Shown: positions 8,634-18,219, numbered from the stretch's first letter. The stretch: DNA of 64,000 nt from Candidatus Coprovivens sp. (GCA_051886175.1 JBJEXV010000051.1:11239-75238), one strand, 5' to 3'. Notes: a model not told the origin generated them from the letters alone. Translations and numbers: made by a program.

Positions 8634-9432
8634 AAAGTATATAGAAAAATTAAAAAAAATCGGTAACAACACTAGCAAAGGTACAATAATAGTCTATGTA
8701 GTATTACGTTTATTAGTAATACTATGTATGATTTTAGAATTCCTAAGAGGAGATTTAAATAATGCCTTCTTATGTGTATTAGCTCTAATCCTTTTAGTAA
8801 TGCCTTTCTTTATTGAAAAGAAATTAAAACTAGATTTACCAAATACACTACAAATAATAGTAATGCTATTTATATTTGCTGCAGAAATACTAGGTGAAAT
8901 AAATAACTTTTATGGTATTATTCCACATTGGGATACAATGCTACATACATTAAATGGCTTTCTAGCAGCAGGAGTAGGGTTTGCTTTATTCGACCTATTA
9001 AATAAAAACGTTGAATCAATCAGCTTATCCCCAGTATTCCTATGCTTAGTATCTTTTTGCTTTTCAATGACAATCGGTGTACTATGGGAATTCTTTGAAT
9101 ATAAAGCAGATACAATATTAAATCTAGACATGCAAAAAGATCGTATAGTAACAAAAATAAATACTGTAAAACTATCTGAACAAGAAAAAGAAAAAATATC
9201 TATAAATGATATTCAAGAAACAATAATTATACATAAAGATAAAGATGGTAACATAGTAGAAACTAAAATAGAAAATGGTTATCTTGATATAGGATTAAAT
9301 GACACTATTAAAGACTTAAGAGTAAACTTCTTAGGTGCATTAATATTTAGTATATTTGGCTTTCTATATGAAATAAAAAGAGATAAATATAAATTTATTC
9401 AATCCTTCTTACCACAAAAACTAAAAGAATAA
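8617..9432 (+). CDS. Polytopic membrane protein of unknown function
   Basis: About 6 hydrophobic segments and a conserved-looking HWDTMLHTLNGF / WEFFEYKAD. ATG 8617 is preferred over GTG 8605. It overlaps the upstream gene by 17 nt. Confidence 0.65.
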   Translation: MKKKFKKYIEKLKKIGNNTSKGTIIVYVVLRLLVILCMILEFLRGDLNNAFLCVLALILLVMPFFIEKKLKLDLPNTLQIIVMLFIFAAEILGEINNFYGIIPHWDTMLHTLNGFLAAGVGFALFDLLNKNVESISLSPVFLCLVSFCFSMTIGVLWEFFEYKADTILNLDMQKDRIVTKINTVKLSEQEKEKISINDIQETIIIHKDKDGNIVETKIENGYLDIGLNDTIKDLRVNFLGALIFSIFGFLYEIKRDKYKFIQSFLPQKLKE

Positions 9433-9467
9433 AAATATGATATACTTATAAAGTAGGTGATTAATAT

Positions 9468-10100
9468 ATGGCATCGGCAGTAATACATTTATGCGTAGCT
9501 AAAGAAGTAAATAAATATTTAAATATGGATGAAAAATATATCTTACTAGGATCAATAGCTCCAGATATAGCTAAACAAGTAGGTCAAACAAAAGAAATAT
9601 CTCACTTCTTAGATCATACTAACGAAGATGATATACCTAACATAGATAGATTCCTAGATAAATATAGAAGTGAATTAACCAAACCATTTGAAATGGGATA
9701 TTTCATTCACTTATTAACAGATAAATATTGGTTTAGAGATTATGTATATAAATATATCGAAAGATATACTAACGATCCGGTAAAAAGAGGAATGACATAT
9801 ACAGCAATAAAAGAACTAATATATAACGATTATACTAACTTAAACATAGACTTAATAGATAAATACGATTTAAGTTTAGATATGTTTGCTAATGAATTTG
9901 AATTACCAAGAAGTATCATAAGAGAAATACCAATGCATCAATTAGATATATTAATTGAAAAAATGGGTATTATAATTGCAAACAGTAAAGAAGAAAAAAC
10001 ATTTATGTTTGATATAACTGACATAGAAGAATTCATAACTGAAAGTGTAAAGTATATTATTAAAGATATACAAATGTTAGGAGTATTAGATAAAGAATAA
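9468..10100 (+). CDS. Hypothetical protein, possibly a metal-dependent hydrolase (phospholipase C/YdjM-like); tentative
   Basis: N-terminal AVIHLCVAKEV...LGSIAPD...SHF pattern, with His and Asp ligand candidates. Strong AGGTGAT RBS. Confidence 0.45.
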   Translation: MASAVIHLCVAKEVNKYLNMDEKYILLGSIAPDIAKQVGQTKEISHFLDHTNEDDIPNIDRFLDKYRSELTKPFEMGYFIHLLTDKYWFRDYVYKYIERYTNDPVKRGMTYTAIKELIYNDYTNLNIDLIDKYDLSLDMFANEFELPRSIIREIPMHQLDILIEKMGIIIANSKEEKTFMFDITDIEEFITESVKYIIKDIQMLGVLDKE

Positions 10101-10128
10101 AATATCAATTTTACATTGATATTTTTTT
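10101..10128 (+). terminator. Rho-independent terminator
   Basis: AATATCAAT / ATTGATATT stem followed by a T-run. Confidence 0.7.
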
Positions 10129-10219
10129 ATGTAAAAAACCTTAACAAACCTTTACAAATCATTGACTAAGACCCATAAATATTATATATTGATTATATAT
10201 AATAGATAGGATTGATAAC

Positions 10220-11608
10220 ATGAGGAAAGGGTATAGAATAAGCTTACTTATAATTGGTATACTAGCTGTTATTTCTATTACTATAGGTACATCTTATAGT
10301 GTATGGTTAGATAACCAAGAAGAAAGTGACTATAATACAAAAACACTTGAATGCTTTAAAGTGTATTTTTCTAATGGCGAATCCTATAACATGACAAATA
10401 TTAAATCAGTAATCAATGAAGAAGGTAAAAAAACATCACCAAATTCTATTGCAGTTACTAATATTTGTGAAGAAACAAAAGAACTACAAATTAGATTAAA
10501 TATATTAGAAGATAATACAATAGATACAAAAGCATTAACTATTGATGCTAGTGGACATATAGAACAAGATAGTGTTTTATATAATAACTTAGAAAATAAA
10601 AGAACTAGTATTGAGGGAGTTACTGCAAGTAAACTAATAGGTTTAATTATAGTAGAACCAAATGAAACTGTTCGTACAAACATTAAACTATGGTTTGATG
10701 AAAGAAAAGCTCCAATCATTGATAGTGAAAAAGTATTTAGTGCTAAATTTGAACTAATAGATACTGCATCAAGTATTAAATCTACATTTGCAGAAACATT
10801 ATTAAAAAATGTTAGTGAGATAGAATCTAAACCATCTCCTGACTTTAATACAATAGCAACAACAGAAGAAGGCTTATATTTATTAAATGAAAACGATAAT
10901 AAAACATATTACTATCGTGGTACATCATATAATAACTATGTATTCTTCGCTAATCAAATGTGGCGTATAGTAAGCATTAACAATAATCGTGTTAAACTAA
11001 TTAGTGAAAAATCAATTGCATTCGCTAACTATAGTTCTTATGCTAATGCTATAGATTATACTGGATTAAAATATATCTATAATAATGAAATGATTAACAA
11101 TGATATAAATAATCATTTAGGTATTTGGTATCAAAATAACATACTAAATCTTGGCTTAGATCAATATATAGAAGAAATGACAATATGTAATGATACATAC
11201 CATACAATAAGTGGATACCATACATACTTTAATGCTTATAATAGATTAGTAACACAAAAAATACCAACACTTACGTGTGCAGCAACAAATGCAGACTTCG
11301 GTGGAACTTACATTCAAAAAGTTGGATTAATAACAGCTGATGAAGTAGTACTAGCAGGTGGTATGTTCAATGCTGATAACGCATCATACTATCTTAATAA
11401 TGGTGAAACATTCTTTACAATGACACCATTAGAATACTTTAACTATACTTCTTATGTAGCAGCAGTTACTACAACCGGTTCCATAGCTGGAGCATATCCA
11501 AATACTGCATTTGGTATAAGACCAGTAATATTACTTAATAGTTCAGTAACAGTAAGTGGTGAAGGAACAATAAGTAATCCATATACAATAGATACAATAG
11601 AACAATAA
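10220..11608 (+). CDS. Secreted protein with a TasA/SipW-cognate-like signal peptide
   Basis: The N-terminus MRKGYRISLLIIGILAVISITIGTSYSVWLDNQ resembles the GT(F/W)A(Y/A)F(S/N)D class of signal peptides. The C-terminal FGIRPVILL motif is typical of a family of secreted Firmicute proteins. Confidence 0.6.
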   Translation: MRKGYRISLLIIGILAVISITIGTSYSVWLDNQEESDYNTKTLECFKVYFSNGESYNMTNIKSVINEEGKKTSPNSIAVTNICEETKELQIRLNILEDNTIDTKALTIDASGHIEQDSVLYNNLENKRTSIEGVTASKLIGLIIVEPNETVRTNIKLWFDERKAPIIDSEKVFSAKFELIDTASSIKSTFAETLLKNVSEIESKPSPDFNTIATTEEGLYLLNENDNKTYYYRGTSYNNYVFFANQMWRIVSINNNRVKLISEKSIAFANYSSYANAIDYTGLKYIYNNEMINNDINNHLGIWYQNNILNLGLDQYIEEMTICNDTYHTISGYHTYFNAYNRLVTQKIPTLTCAATNADFGGTYIQKVGLITADEVVLAGGMFNADNASYYLNNGETFFTMTPLEYFNYTSYVAAVTTTGSIAGAYPNTAFGIRPVILLNSSVTVSGEGTISNPYTIDTIEQ

Positions 11609-11634
11609 GATACAGTAAAAACTGTATCTTTTTT
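11609..11634 (+). terminator. Rho-independent terminator
   Basis: GATACAGT / ACTGTATC stem followed by T6. Confidence 0.7.
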
Positions 11635-11641
11635 CTTATTT

Positions 11642-11648
11642 TGTCGAA
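11642..11648 (+). promoter_or_regulatory. Perfect Spo0A-box consensus TGTCGAA upstream of the sigma-factor gene
   Basis: An exact 7/7 match to the 0A-box consensus, 57 nt upstream of ATG 11705. It is the only intergenic copy I found in the window. Confidence 0.5.
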
Positions 11649-11704
11649 CCTATTTCAAAATATTAAACAAAATATTATATTCATAATATCAGGAGAGACA
11701 AAAT

Positions 11705-12346
11705 ATGGATTTAGAACAAATAATAAAAATAAATGAAAAACTTATATATAAAATAGCTACTAAATTCTATGATGTACCAAAAGAAGACTTATACCAAGCC
11801 GGCGTAATAGGTGTAATAAAAGCTTATAAAAATTACGTAGCTAATAATACAACCAACTTTAGTACTTATGCTTATAAATATATCTATGGTGAAATGTACG
11901 AACTGGTAAACAATCTCCGGTCCATTAAGTTATCCAAAGATGTTCTAAAAACATATAAACAAATAGAAAAAACAAAATATCTCTTATCACAAACACTAAA
12001 TAGAATACCTTCAATAAATGAAGTAGCAGAGTACTTACAAATAGATGTATTACTTATAGAACAAATAATAAATAGCACAAGTACAATAATGAGCTTAGAT
12101 GCTGATACAGAAAGACCAATATATGAAACATTAGCATCAGATACTAAAGTTCCGTTAAGTTCTATAATCGATATAAAAGATTCATTAAATACATTAGATG
12201 AATGTGAAAAACAAATAATCAATTATAGATACTTTAAAGACTATACGCAAAGCGAAACAGCCAAACTTATGGGAATGTCTCAAGTAACAGTATCACGTTA
12301 CGAAAAGAAAAGTTTAAATAAAATGTATAATTATTTAAATACCTAA
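11705..12346 (+). CDS. Sporulation-type RNA polymerase sigma factor (SigF/SigG/SigB group)
   Basis: Region 2 (FSTYAYKYIYGEM) and region 4 (NYRYFKDYTQSETAKLMGMSQVTVSRYEKK) closely follow the SigF/SigG signature. The gene lies immediately upstream of spoVA genes, as sigF does in Bacillus. Confidence 0.88.
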   Translation: MDLEQIIKINEKLIYKIATKFYDVPKEDLYQAGVIGVIKAYKNYVANNTTNFSTYAYKYIYGEMYELVNNLRSIKLSKDVLKTYKQIEKTKYLLSQTLNRIPSINEVAEYLQIDVLLIEQIINSTSTIMSLDADTERPIYETLASDTKVPLSSIIDIKDSLNTLDECEKQIINYRYFKDYTQSETAKLMGMSQVTVSRYEKKSLNKMYNYLNT

Positions 12347-12369
12347 CAATAATAAAGTTAGGTGATAAT

Positions 12370-12798
12370 ATGGAACATAAGAAGTATCGACAAATAGTTG
12401 AAGAAACAACTCCCAAACCAAATAAACTACTTAATATGTTTATAGCATTCTTTATGGGAGGAATAATAGGAGTAATAGGTACATTCCTATACAATTGGTT
12501 ACTTAACTATTACAATAGTGAATTATCTATTTCATTTATGTTATTAATTATGATAATGATATCTAGTTTAATAACAACATTAGGATTTGGAGATAATCTA
12601 TTTCAAACATTTAAATGTGGATTAATAATTCCGATTACTGGTTTTGCTCACTCACTTGCTAGTTCAATAATTGACTATAAAAGAGAAGGCTTAATTAATA
12701 TTGGATCAAATGCATTTAAATTAGCTGGTTCAGTACTACTTTATGGAATCGTTAGTGCAATAATATTAACAATGATAAAGGTAATATTAAATGTCTAG
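12370..12798 (+). CDS. spoVAC: Stage V sporulation protein AC
   Basis: 142 aa membrane protein. PITGFAHSLASSIIDYKREGLINIGSNAFKLAGSVL aligns with B. subtilis SpoVAC (PVTGFANSMTSAALEYKSEGLV..MFKLAGNVI). Confidence 0.9.
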   Translation: MEHKKYRQIVEETTPKPNKLLNMFIAFFMGGIIGVIGTFLYNWLLNYYNSELSISFMLLIMIMISSLITTLGFGDNLFQTFKCGLIIPITGFAHSLASSIIDYKREGLINIGSNAFKLAGSVLLYGIVSAIILTMIKVILNV

Positions 12799-13765
12799 TT
12801 TTAAATATAATAACGTCTACATAAAAGATTACCATACCATTGTCGGACCCAAAGAAAAAGAAGGTCTAATAAAATTTAACGATTCTATAAATGATTATTA
12901 TTACAATGAAACATCAATTGAAGATGCTGAAATAAAAATGCAAGAACATGTATTAAATAAAATAATGATAAATAATAAACTAGTACCAGAAAAAGTAAAC
13001 CTAGTTTGTGGTGGAGACTTAACTAACCAAATAACTATGACTAGTTATAATTTAGTAAATAGAAACTTACCATTCTTAGGTTTATACAACGCCTGTGCAA
13101 CATTTAATGAAGCATTAATATTAATATCTAATATGATAGAAACAAAACAAATTGAAACAGGCGTTGCTATTACATCAAGTCATAACCTAAATGCCGAAAG
13201 ACAATACCGTTATCCAATAGAATATGGTTTTAACAAAAAACCATACAGTACATTTACTACAACTGGTGCAGCCAGTTGCCTACTAACAAGTAAACGTACT
13301 AATTTAAGAATTGAATCAAGTACTATTGGAACAGTAGTAGACTATGGTATAAAAGATGCTAACAATATGGGAGCAATAATGGCACCTAGTGCTGCAGCAA
13401 CCTTATATAAACATCTAACTGAATTAAATAGACCAATAAACTATTATGACTTAATAGTAACAGGAGACTTAGGATCATATGGTAGCAAACTATTTCTTAG
13501 TTTAATAAAACAAGATTATAACTATATGCCTTCTGCATATATGGATGCAGCAAGTACACTGTATGATAATGAAGCTAATGAAATAGAAGGTGGAAGTGGA
13601 CCAGTTGTAGTACCATTAGTATTATTTAATAAAATACTAAAAGAAACTAACTATAAAAAAATACTACTACTAGCCACTGGTTCACTACACAGCCCACTGA
13701 TGGTAAATCTAAAAAAATCAATACCATCAATAACACATGCAGTAAGCATCGAGGTGATAAAATGA
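12791..13765 (+). CDS. spoVAD: Stage V sporulation protein AD
   Basis: 324 aa thiolase-like fold. GGDLTNQ, TSSHNLNAERQYRYPIEYG, MAPSAAAT, VTGDLG and LLATGSLHSP match SpoVAD blocks. It overlaps spoVAC by 8 nt. Confidence 0.92.
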   Translation: MSSFKYNNVYIKDYHTIVGPKEKEGLIKFNDSINDYYYNETSIEDAEIKMQEHVLNKIMINNKLVPEKVNLVCGGDLTNQITMTSYNLVNRNLPFLGLYNACATFNEALILISNMIETKQIETGVAITSSHNLNAERQYRYPIEYGFNKKPYSTFTTTGAASCLLTSKRTNLRIESSTIGTVVDYGIKDANNMGAIMAPSAAATLYKHLTELNRPINYYDLIVTGDLGSYGSKLFLSLIKQDYNYMPSAYMDAASTLYDNEANEIEGGSGPVVVPLVLFNKILKETNYKKILLLATGSLHSPLMVNLKKSIPSITHAVSIEVIK

Positions 13766-14112
13766 TGTATATAAATGCATTCCTAGTATGTGGAATAATA
13801 TGTTTAATAGGACAAATTATACTTGATAATACTAATCTAACACCAGGACATATAACAGCTATGTTCGTTGTAATAGGAGCAGTACTATCATTCCTAGGAG
13901 TATATGAATTAATTGCTAATATATCCTTGGTTGGAAGTAGCATACCAATAACTTCATTCGGTAATGCCTTATATCAAGCATCCCTAGAAGGATTCCAACA
14001 AAATGGAATAATAGGAATGTTTGCTAACCTTCTAACTACAACAAGTGCAGGTATATCAAGTGCAATATTCTTTGGATTTGTATTCTCATGTTTTTTCAGG
14101 GTAAGAGATTAA
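13762..14112 (+). CDS. spoVAE: Stage V sporulation protein AE (SpoVAEb type)
   Basis: 116 aa. AFLVCGIICLIGQIILD..LTPGH..IPITSFGNAL..TSAGISSAIFFGF matches SpoVAEb. There is a 4-nt overlap with spoVAD. Confidence 0.9.
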   Translation: MMYINAFLVCGIICLIGQIILDNTNLTPGHITAMFVVIGAVLSFLGVYELIANISLVGSSIPITSFGNALYQASLEGFQQNGIIGMFANLLTTTSAGISSAIFFGFVFSCFFRVRD

Positions 14113-14127
14113 TCTCTTACCTTTTTC
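14100..14127 (+). terminator. Rho-independent terminator of the sigma-spoVA unit
   Basis: GGTAAGAGATT / AATCTCTTACC palindrome followed by T5. Confidence 0.75.
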
Positions 14128-14187
14128 TTTATCTTTAAAATACTTCCATTCTTTGATATAATATTAAAAGAGAATGAAGGGATTTTA

Positions 14188-15297
14188 ATGGAAAACAATC
14201 AAGTACCAAATGAAACAAATAATACAGTACAACCAGTTGTTCCAACTAATGATGCACAAGTACAACCAGTTACTACTGGTCCAGTTATTGCTACAACAGC
14301 TGGAGTAGTAGACGAACCTGCATCAGTTGCACCAGTACAAGCTACTACAAGCGCGCCTGAGGAAGGCCCAGAAAAAAACACTGAAGCATTCAATAGTAAA
14401 GAAAAAGTACTATATGAATTTAAAGAAGAAAAAGAAAGTAACCCAGTAGGAACATTAATAATCTTTGCAGTATTAGGTATCGGTTTATTATTTCTACCAC
14501 TTGCAGATAAATTAATTAATAGAGGAACAGGACCTTCAGGTAACAACCAACTTCTTAATACTGGTCAAGAAATATTAAACAATACAACTTTAACAAACGT
14601 ATATTACTTTGAAAAAGAACAATCAAGTATTGGAATAGATAACTTAGAACTAAAAAACTTTGTTACACAAGAAACAGATACAGGATTTAAAATAAATTTC
14701 ACTATTATTAATAATGGAGATGCAGCATATCAATATGATAAAAAATATTATATGGACTTCTATGAAGGTGAAAAATTAATCTATCATGCATTAATTCATT
14801 CATATCGTCCAATAGCATCTAAAGGAGCAGATAACTTATCGTTAGAAATATCTGAAAAAGCCTTTGCTAGAGCAGATTCATTAAAACTAGTAGAAACAAA
14901 AGTAGAACTATATCCTAAATATGAATTTGATACAAAAGAAGGCGACTATGATACATTAACATGTACATATGACAAAACAGAAATAGTATATTATTTTAAA
15001 GATAACATGTTAGAACAAATAAGAGAAACATATACAAATAGTGATTATGAAAATGAAAACTTTAGTAAACTAAAATCTACTAAACAAACAGAAATAAATG
15101 CATATCGTAAAGTAGAGGGAATGAATGCAAACTTCGTTGAAACCGAACAAGACTTTACTGCTCAAGTAGATTTTATGTTAGCAGATGTTGTTGATAGTTC
15201 ACTACAAAACCTAAGAGTATATAGATTCTTTAAATATCATGAAAAAGCAGACATCGTAGCATATGAAATGCCAGCAATAGGATACATGTGCAGTTAG
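14188..15297 (+). CDS. Membrane-anchored protein: Pro/Val/Thr-rich N-terminus, one TM, extracytoplasmic domain of unknown function
   Basis: 369 aa. Low-complexity VQPVVPTNDAQVQPVTTGPV, the TM segment GTLIIFAVLGIGLLFLPL, and an extended -10 element TGATATAAT at 14154-14162. Confidence 0.65.
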   Translation: MENNQVPNETNNTVQPVVPTNDAQVQPVTTGPVIATTAGVVDEPASVAPVQATTSAPEEGPEKNTEAFNSKEKVLYEFKEEKESNPVGTLIIFAVLGIGLLFLPLADKLINRGTGPSGNNQLLNTGQEILNNTTLTNVYYFEKEQSSIGIDNLELKNFVTQETDTGFKINFTIINNGDAAYQYDKKYYMDFYEGEKLIYHALIHSYRPIASKGADNLSLEISEKAFARADSLKLVETKVELYPKYEFDTKEGDYDTLTCTYDKTEIVYYFKDNMLEQIRETYTNSDYENENFSKLKSTKQTEINAYRKVEGMNANFVETEQDFTAQVDFMLADVVDSSLQNLRVYRFFKYHEKADIVAYEMPAIGYMCS

Positions 15298-15307
15298 GGG
15301 GATTAAT

Positions 15308-16033
15308 ATGACTTACAATTTTCACATCAATGAATTCGAAGGCCCATTAGATTTATTACTACATATGGTTAAAGAATCTGAAATGGATATCTATGAAATA
15401 AACATTAGTGTAATAATAGATCAATATCTAGACTTTATTCGTTCCCTAGAAGAAAAGAATATAGATATTGCTAGTGAATACCTAGTAATGGCATCAGAAC
15501 TAATCCATTTAAAAAGTAAGTTACTTGTTAATCGTAAAGATGATATTGAAGATGAAGAATCTGAATTCTCAATATCATCAGAAGAAGATTTAAAAAATAA
15601 ATTAATTGAATATGAAAGATATAAAGAAATAACCAAAAACTTCCAAGAATTGGAAGAAAAAAGAAGTGAAGTTTATACTAAACTTCCAGAGAGTTTAAAA
15701 GACTTCTTACCAGAAGCTAAACTAACTAAAGGAGAATTTGATGTAGATGATTTATTAAATGCTTACATGCAATACTTAAATCGTTTAAAACTATCAAAAC
15801 CATTAAACACTAGAATTACTAAAAAAGAATTAAGTGTAGATGACAAAATAAAAGAAATCAGAACAATATTAGAAACTAGAAAGCGTGTTAATTTTATTGA
15901 ACTATTTACAGAACCTACAAAAGAATATATTATAGTTACATTCTTATCTATATTAGAAATGTGTAAAACAAACGAAATAACATTAACACAAGAGGACAAC
16001 TACAGTCCTATAATGATTGAGAAAAGAGTGTAA
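15308..16033 (+). CDS. scpA: Segregation and condensation protein A
   Basis: The FEGPLDLLLHMVKESEMDIYEINISVIIDQYLDFI N-terminus is characteristic of ScpA. 241 aa, followed by scpB. Confidence 0.92.
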   Translation: MTYNFHINEFEGPLDLLLHMVKESEMDIYEINISVIIDQYLDFIRSLEEKNIDIASEYLVMASELIHLKSKLLVNRKDDIEDEESEFSISSEEDLKNKLIEYERYKEITKNFQELEEKRSEVYTKLPESLKDFLPEAKLTKGEFDVDDLLNAYMQYLNRLKLSKPLNTRITKKELSVDDKIKEIRTILETRKRVNFIELFTEPTKEYIIVTFLSILEMCKTNEITLTQEDNYSPIMIEKRV

Positions 16034-16035
16034 GT

Positions 16036-16599
16036 ATGAATTTATTAGGAGTTTTGGAAGGAATTCTTTTCGTTGTTGGCGACGAAGGAATTACATTAAA
16101 TCAAATATGTGAAATATTAAATGTTGATTTAGAAGAATCAAAAAGATTACTTATGGAACTTAAAAAAACTTATGAAACAGAAGATCGTGGCATAAGAATT
16201 AGTTACCTAGGAGATGCTTTTAAATTAACAACTAAAAAAGAACATAAAGAATATTATCAAAAATTAATAGAAACACCTGAAAGCAATACATTATCACCAG
16301 CAGCATTAGAAACATTAGCTATCATTGCTTATAACCAACCAATTACAAGAGTTGAAATAGATGAAATGCGTGGCGTTAATAATGTTCATATGATAAGAAA
16401 ATTACTTGCTAAAGGTTTAATAAAAGAAGTAGGTAAAAGTACAATGCCCGGTCGTCCAAACTTATATGGTACAACAAGCGAATTCTTAGATTACTTTGGA
16501 TTATCTTCAATTAAAGAACTACCATTAATAGTTAAAGAAGAAGAACCTGCAGAAAACGAAACAGAATTATTCACATCAATATATAAAGAAGGTGAATAA
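16036..16599 (+). CDS. scpB: Segregation and condensation protein B
   Basis: LEGILFVVGDEGITL..., ALETLAIIAYNQPITRVEIDEMRGV... and GRPNLYGTT are characteristic ScpB blocks. Confidence 0.92.
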   Translation: MNLLGVLEGILFVVGDEGITLNQICEILNVDLEESKRLLMELKKTYETEDRGIRISYLGDAFKLTTKKEHKEYYQKLIETPESNTLSPAALETLAIIAYNQPITRVEIDEMRGVNNVHMIRKLLAKGLIKEVGKSTMPGRPNLYGTTSEFLDYFGLSSIKELPLIVKEEEPAENETELFTSIYKEGE

Positions 16600-17189
16600 T
16601 GAACTACTTAGAATTAATATCAAATGATGAAGATATCAACAATGAATCATATAAAAAAGAAGAACTTAATTTCTTAAAAGTATTAAATATATCAATTAGT
16701 TTAACTAACTTTGAAGAATGTGAATTCAAAGATTCAATATATGAAAATGTTCACTTTGATAAAGTAAACTTCAATAATTGTGATTTATCGAATACTAAAT
16801 TTATAGAATGTAGTTTTCATTCATGTAATATCAATAATAGTAAACTACTAGGTACTATGTTTGATAATTGTCGTATAACAAAACTAAACATAAATAACTC
16901 AGTATGCAAATACATAAACTTAGTAGACTTAAAAACAAAAGAACTAACTATTAAAGATAGCGATTTAACAGAATCATCTTTATTTAATATCGAATTAAAT
17001 AAAGCAATATTTGATAATGTTAACTTAACTAAAAGCGAAATAGAAGAAATGTCACTTAAAGGAATAGATTTAAGTACATGTAAAATAAATAATATAAAAA
17101 TATCTCCTAAAGTATTAAAAGGAGTTATTATAGATCAATTTCAAGCACTCGACCTAATAAGATTACTTGAAGTTGAAATAAAAGAATAG
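16599..17189 (+). CDS. Pentapeptide-repeat protein
   Basis: Repeated A(D/N)LXX-type quintets (NFNNCDLSNTKFIECSFHSCNINNSKLLGTMFDNCRI...). Start and stop overlap with scpB. Confidence 0.85.
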   Translation: MNYLELISNDEDINNESYKKEELNFLKVLNISISLTNFEECEFKDSIYENVHFDKVNFNNCDLSNTKFIECSFHSCNINNSKLLGTMFDNCRITKLNINNSVCKYINLVDLKTKELTIKDSDLTESSLFNIELNKAIFDNVNLTKSEIEEMSLKGIDLSTCKINNIKISPKVLKGVIIDQFQALDLIRLLEVEIKE

Positions 17190-17199
17190 AGGTATAAAA

Positions 17200-17820
17200 A
17201 TGGGAAAAGTTACAGGAATTATTGCAATATGCATATCAGTAATCTGCTTACTAGCATGCACAATCAATGTATTTATATCAATAGATACATATGGTAAAAA
17301 CAAAATAAGAATCAATGAATTAGAAGAAAGAGTATCACTTCTAGAAACAGAACTAAGTGATGCTTTAGGTTATGACATAACTGATGAAGAAGTAGGAGAT
17401 ACAAGTGGTATTTATGATACATCAGAATTCAAAACTATCAAAGGAACAGATATTGCTTCATTATCAAAAGGTAAAAAGATAGTTATCTGGATTGGTAGAC
17501 AAGGATGTTCATATTGTTCATTATATGCACCAACTATTAAATCAGTAGGCAAAGATTATGGTATCAATATTCATTACATTGACTTAGCAGCTATGTATGA
17601 TACAACTCAATATCAATGGGTATTAACAGATGAAGCTAGTTACAATGCTATAACATCTTTAGAAACTGCTAACGATGAAGCAGCTTCAGTAATGGAAGAC
17701 TTTGGTTCAACACCAATGACAATTATTGTAGAAGATAACAAAGTAATTGGTGGTGTAGTAGGAGCTGTTGATAAAGATACTGTAAAAGAAGCACTAACAA
17801 ATGCAGGTATTAAAAAGTAG
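17200..17820 (+). CDS. Membrane-anchored thioredoxin-fold protein (CxxC)
   Basis: N-terminal TM segment, a coiled segment, then VIWIGRQGCSYCSLYAP (CSYC active-site-like motif) and a C-terminal GSTPMTIIVEDNKVIGG. Confidence 0.7.
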   Translation: MGKVTGIIAICISVICLLACTINVFISIDTYGKNKIRINELEERVSLLETELSDALGYDITDEEVGDTSGIYDTSEFKTIKGTDIASLSKGKKIVIWIGRQGCSYCSLYAPTIKSVGKDYGINIHYIDLAAMYDTTQYQWVLTDEASYNAITSLETANDEAASVMEDFGSTPMTIIVEDNKVIGGVVGAVDKDTVKEALTNAGIKK

Positions 17821-17881
17821 TATAATTACTACTTTTTTTATTCCCATAAAAAAGAAATAATGCTATAATTAACTTACTGAT

Positions 17882-17968
17882 GCCTGTGTGGCGGAATTGG
17901 TAGACGCGCTGGACTCAAAATCCAGTGTTAGCGATAACATGTGGGTCCGAGTCCCACCACAGGCACCA
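17882..17968 (+). tRNA. tRNA-Leu (anticodon CAA), long variable arm, encoded CCA
   Basis: The acceptor stem GCCTGTG pairs with CACAGGC. The anticodon loop is CUCAAAA with CAA at 17916-17918. There is a T-arm GGGTCCGAGTCCC and a long extra arm. 87 nt. Confidence 0.95.
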
Positions 17969-17979
17969 TATAAAAAAAT

Positions 17980-18005
17980 AACTACTCATTAGAGTAGTTT
18001 TTTTA
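17980..18005 (+). terminator. Rho-independent terminator after tRNA-Leu
   Basis: AACTACTC / GAGTAGTT stem followed by a T-run. Confidence 0.75.
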
Positions 18006-18219
18006 TATAATAAAACTAGGTGACTATAAATATAATTAAATGATATTACTGAAGTATTAGAAGAAGATTACTATTATATTAAACTAAAAGATAATTCTAT
18101 AATAGAATTCGATGAAGAAGAACTTTATAACTTAATAAAAGAAAAAATAACATAATACTTATTTTTGAAAAATACACTATATAATGTTAAAATAACCTCC
18201 ATAAAAAGGAGGTTTTTTT

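Noticed and set aside
10384-10719. Other short antisense ORFs in the track, for example 10384..10719, 11884..12222, 27423..27773, 33730..34128, 49869..50273 and 52223..52522
   Set aside because: Each is fully embedded opposite a longer, motif-supported + strand gene. None has an RBS, and all have skewed low-complexity composition.
14199-14546. A 115-aa minus-strand ORF
   Set aside because: It is antisense to the Pro/Val-rich N-terminus of 14188..15297. It is a compositional artefact.
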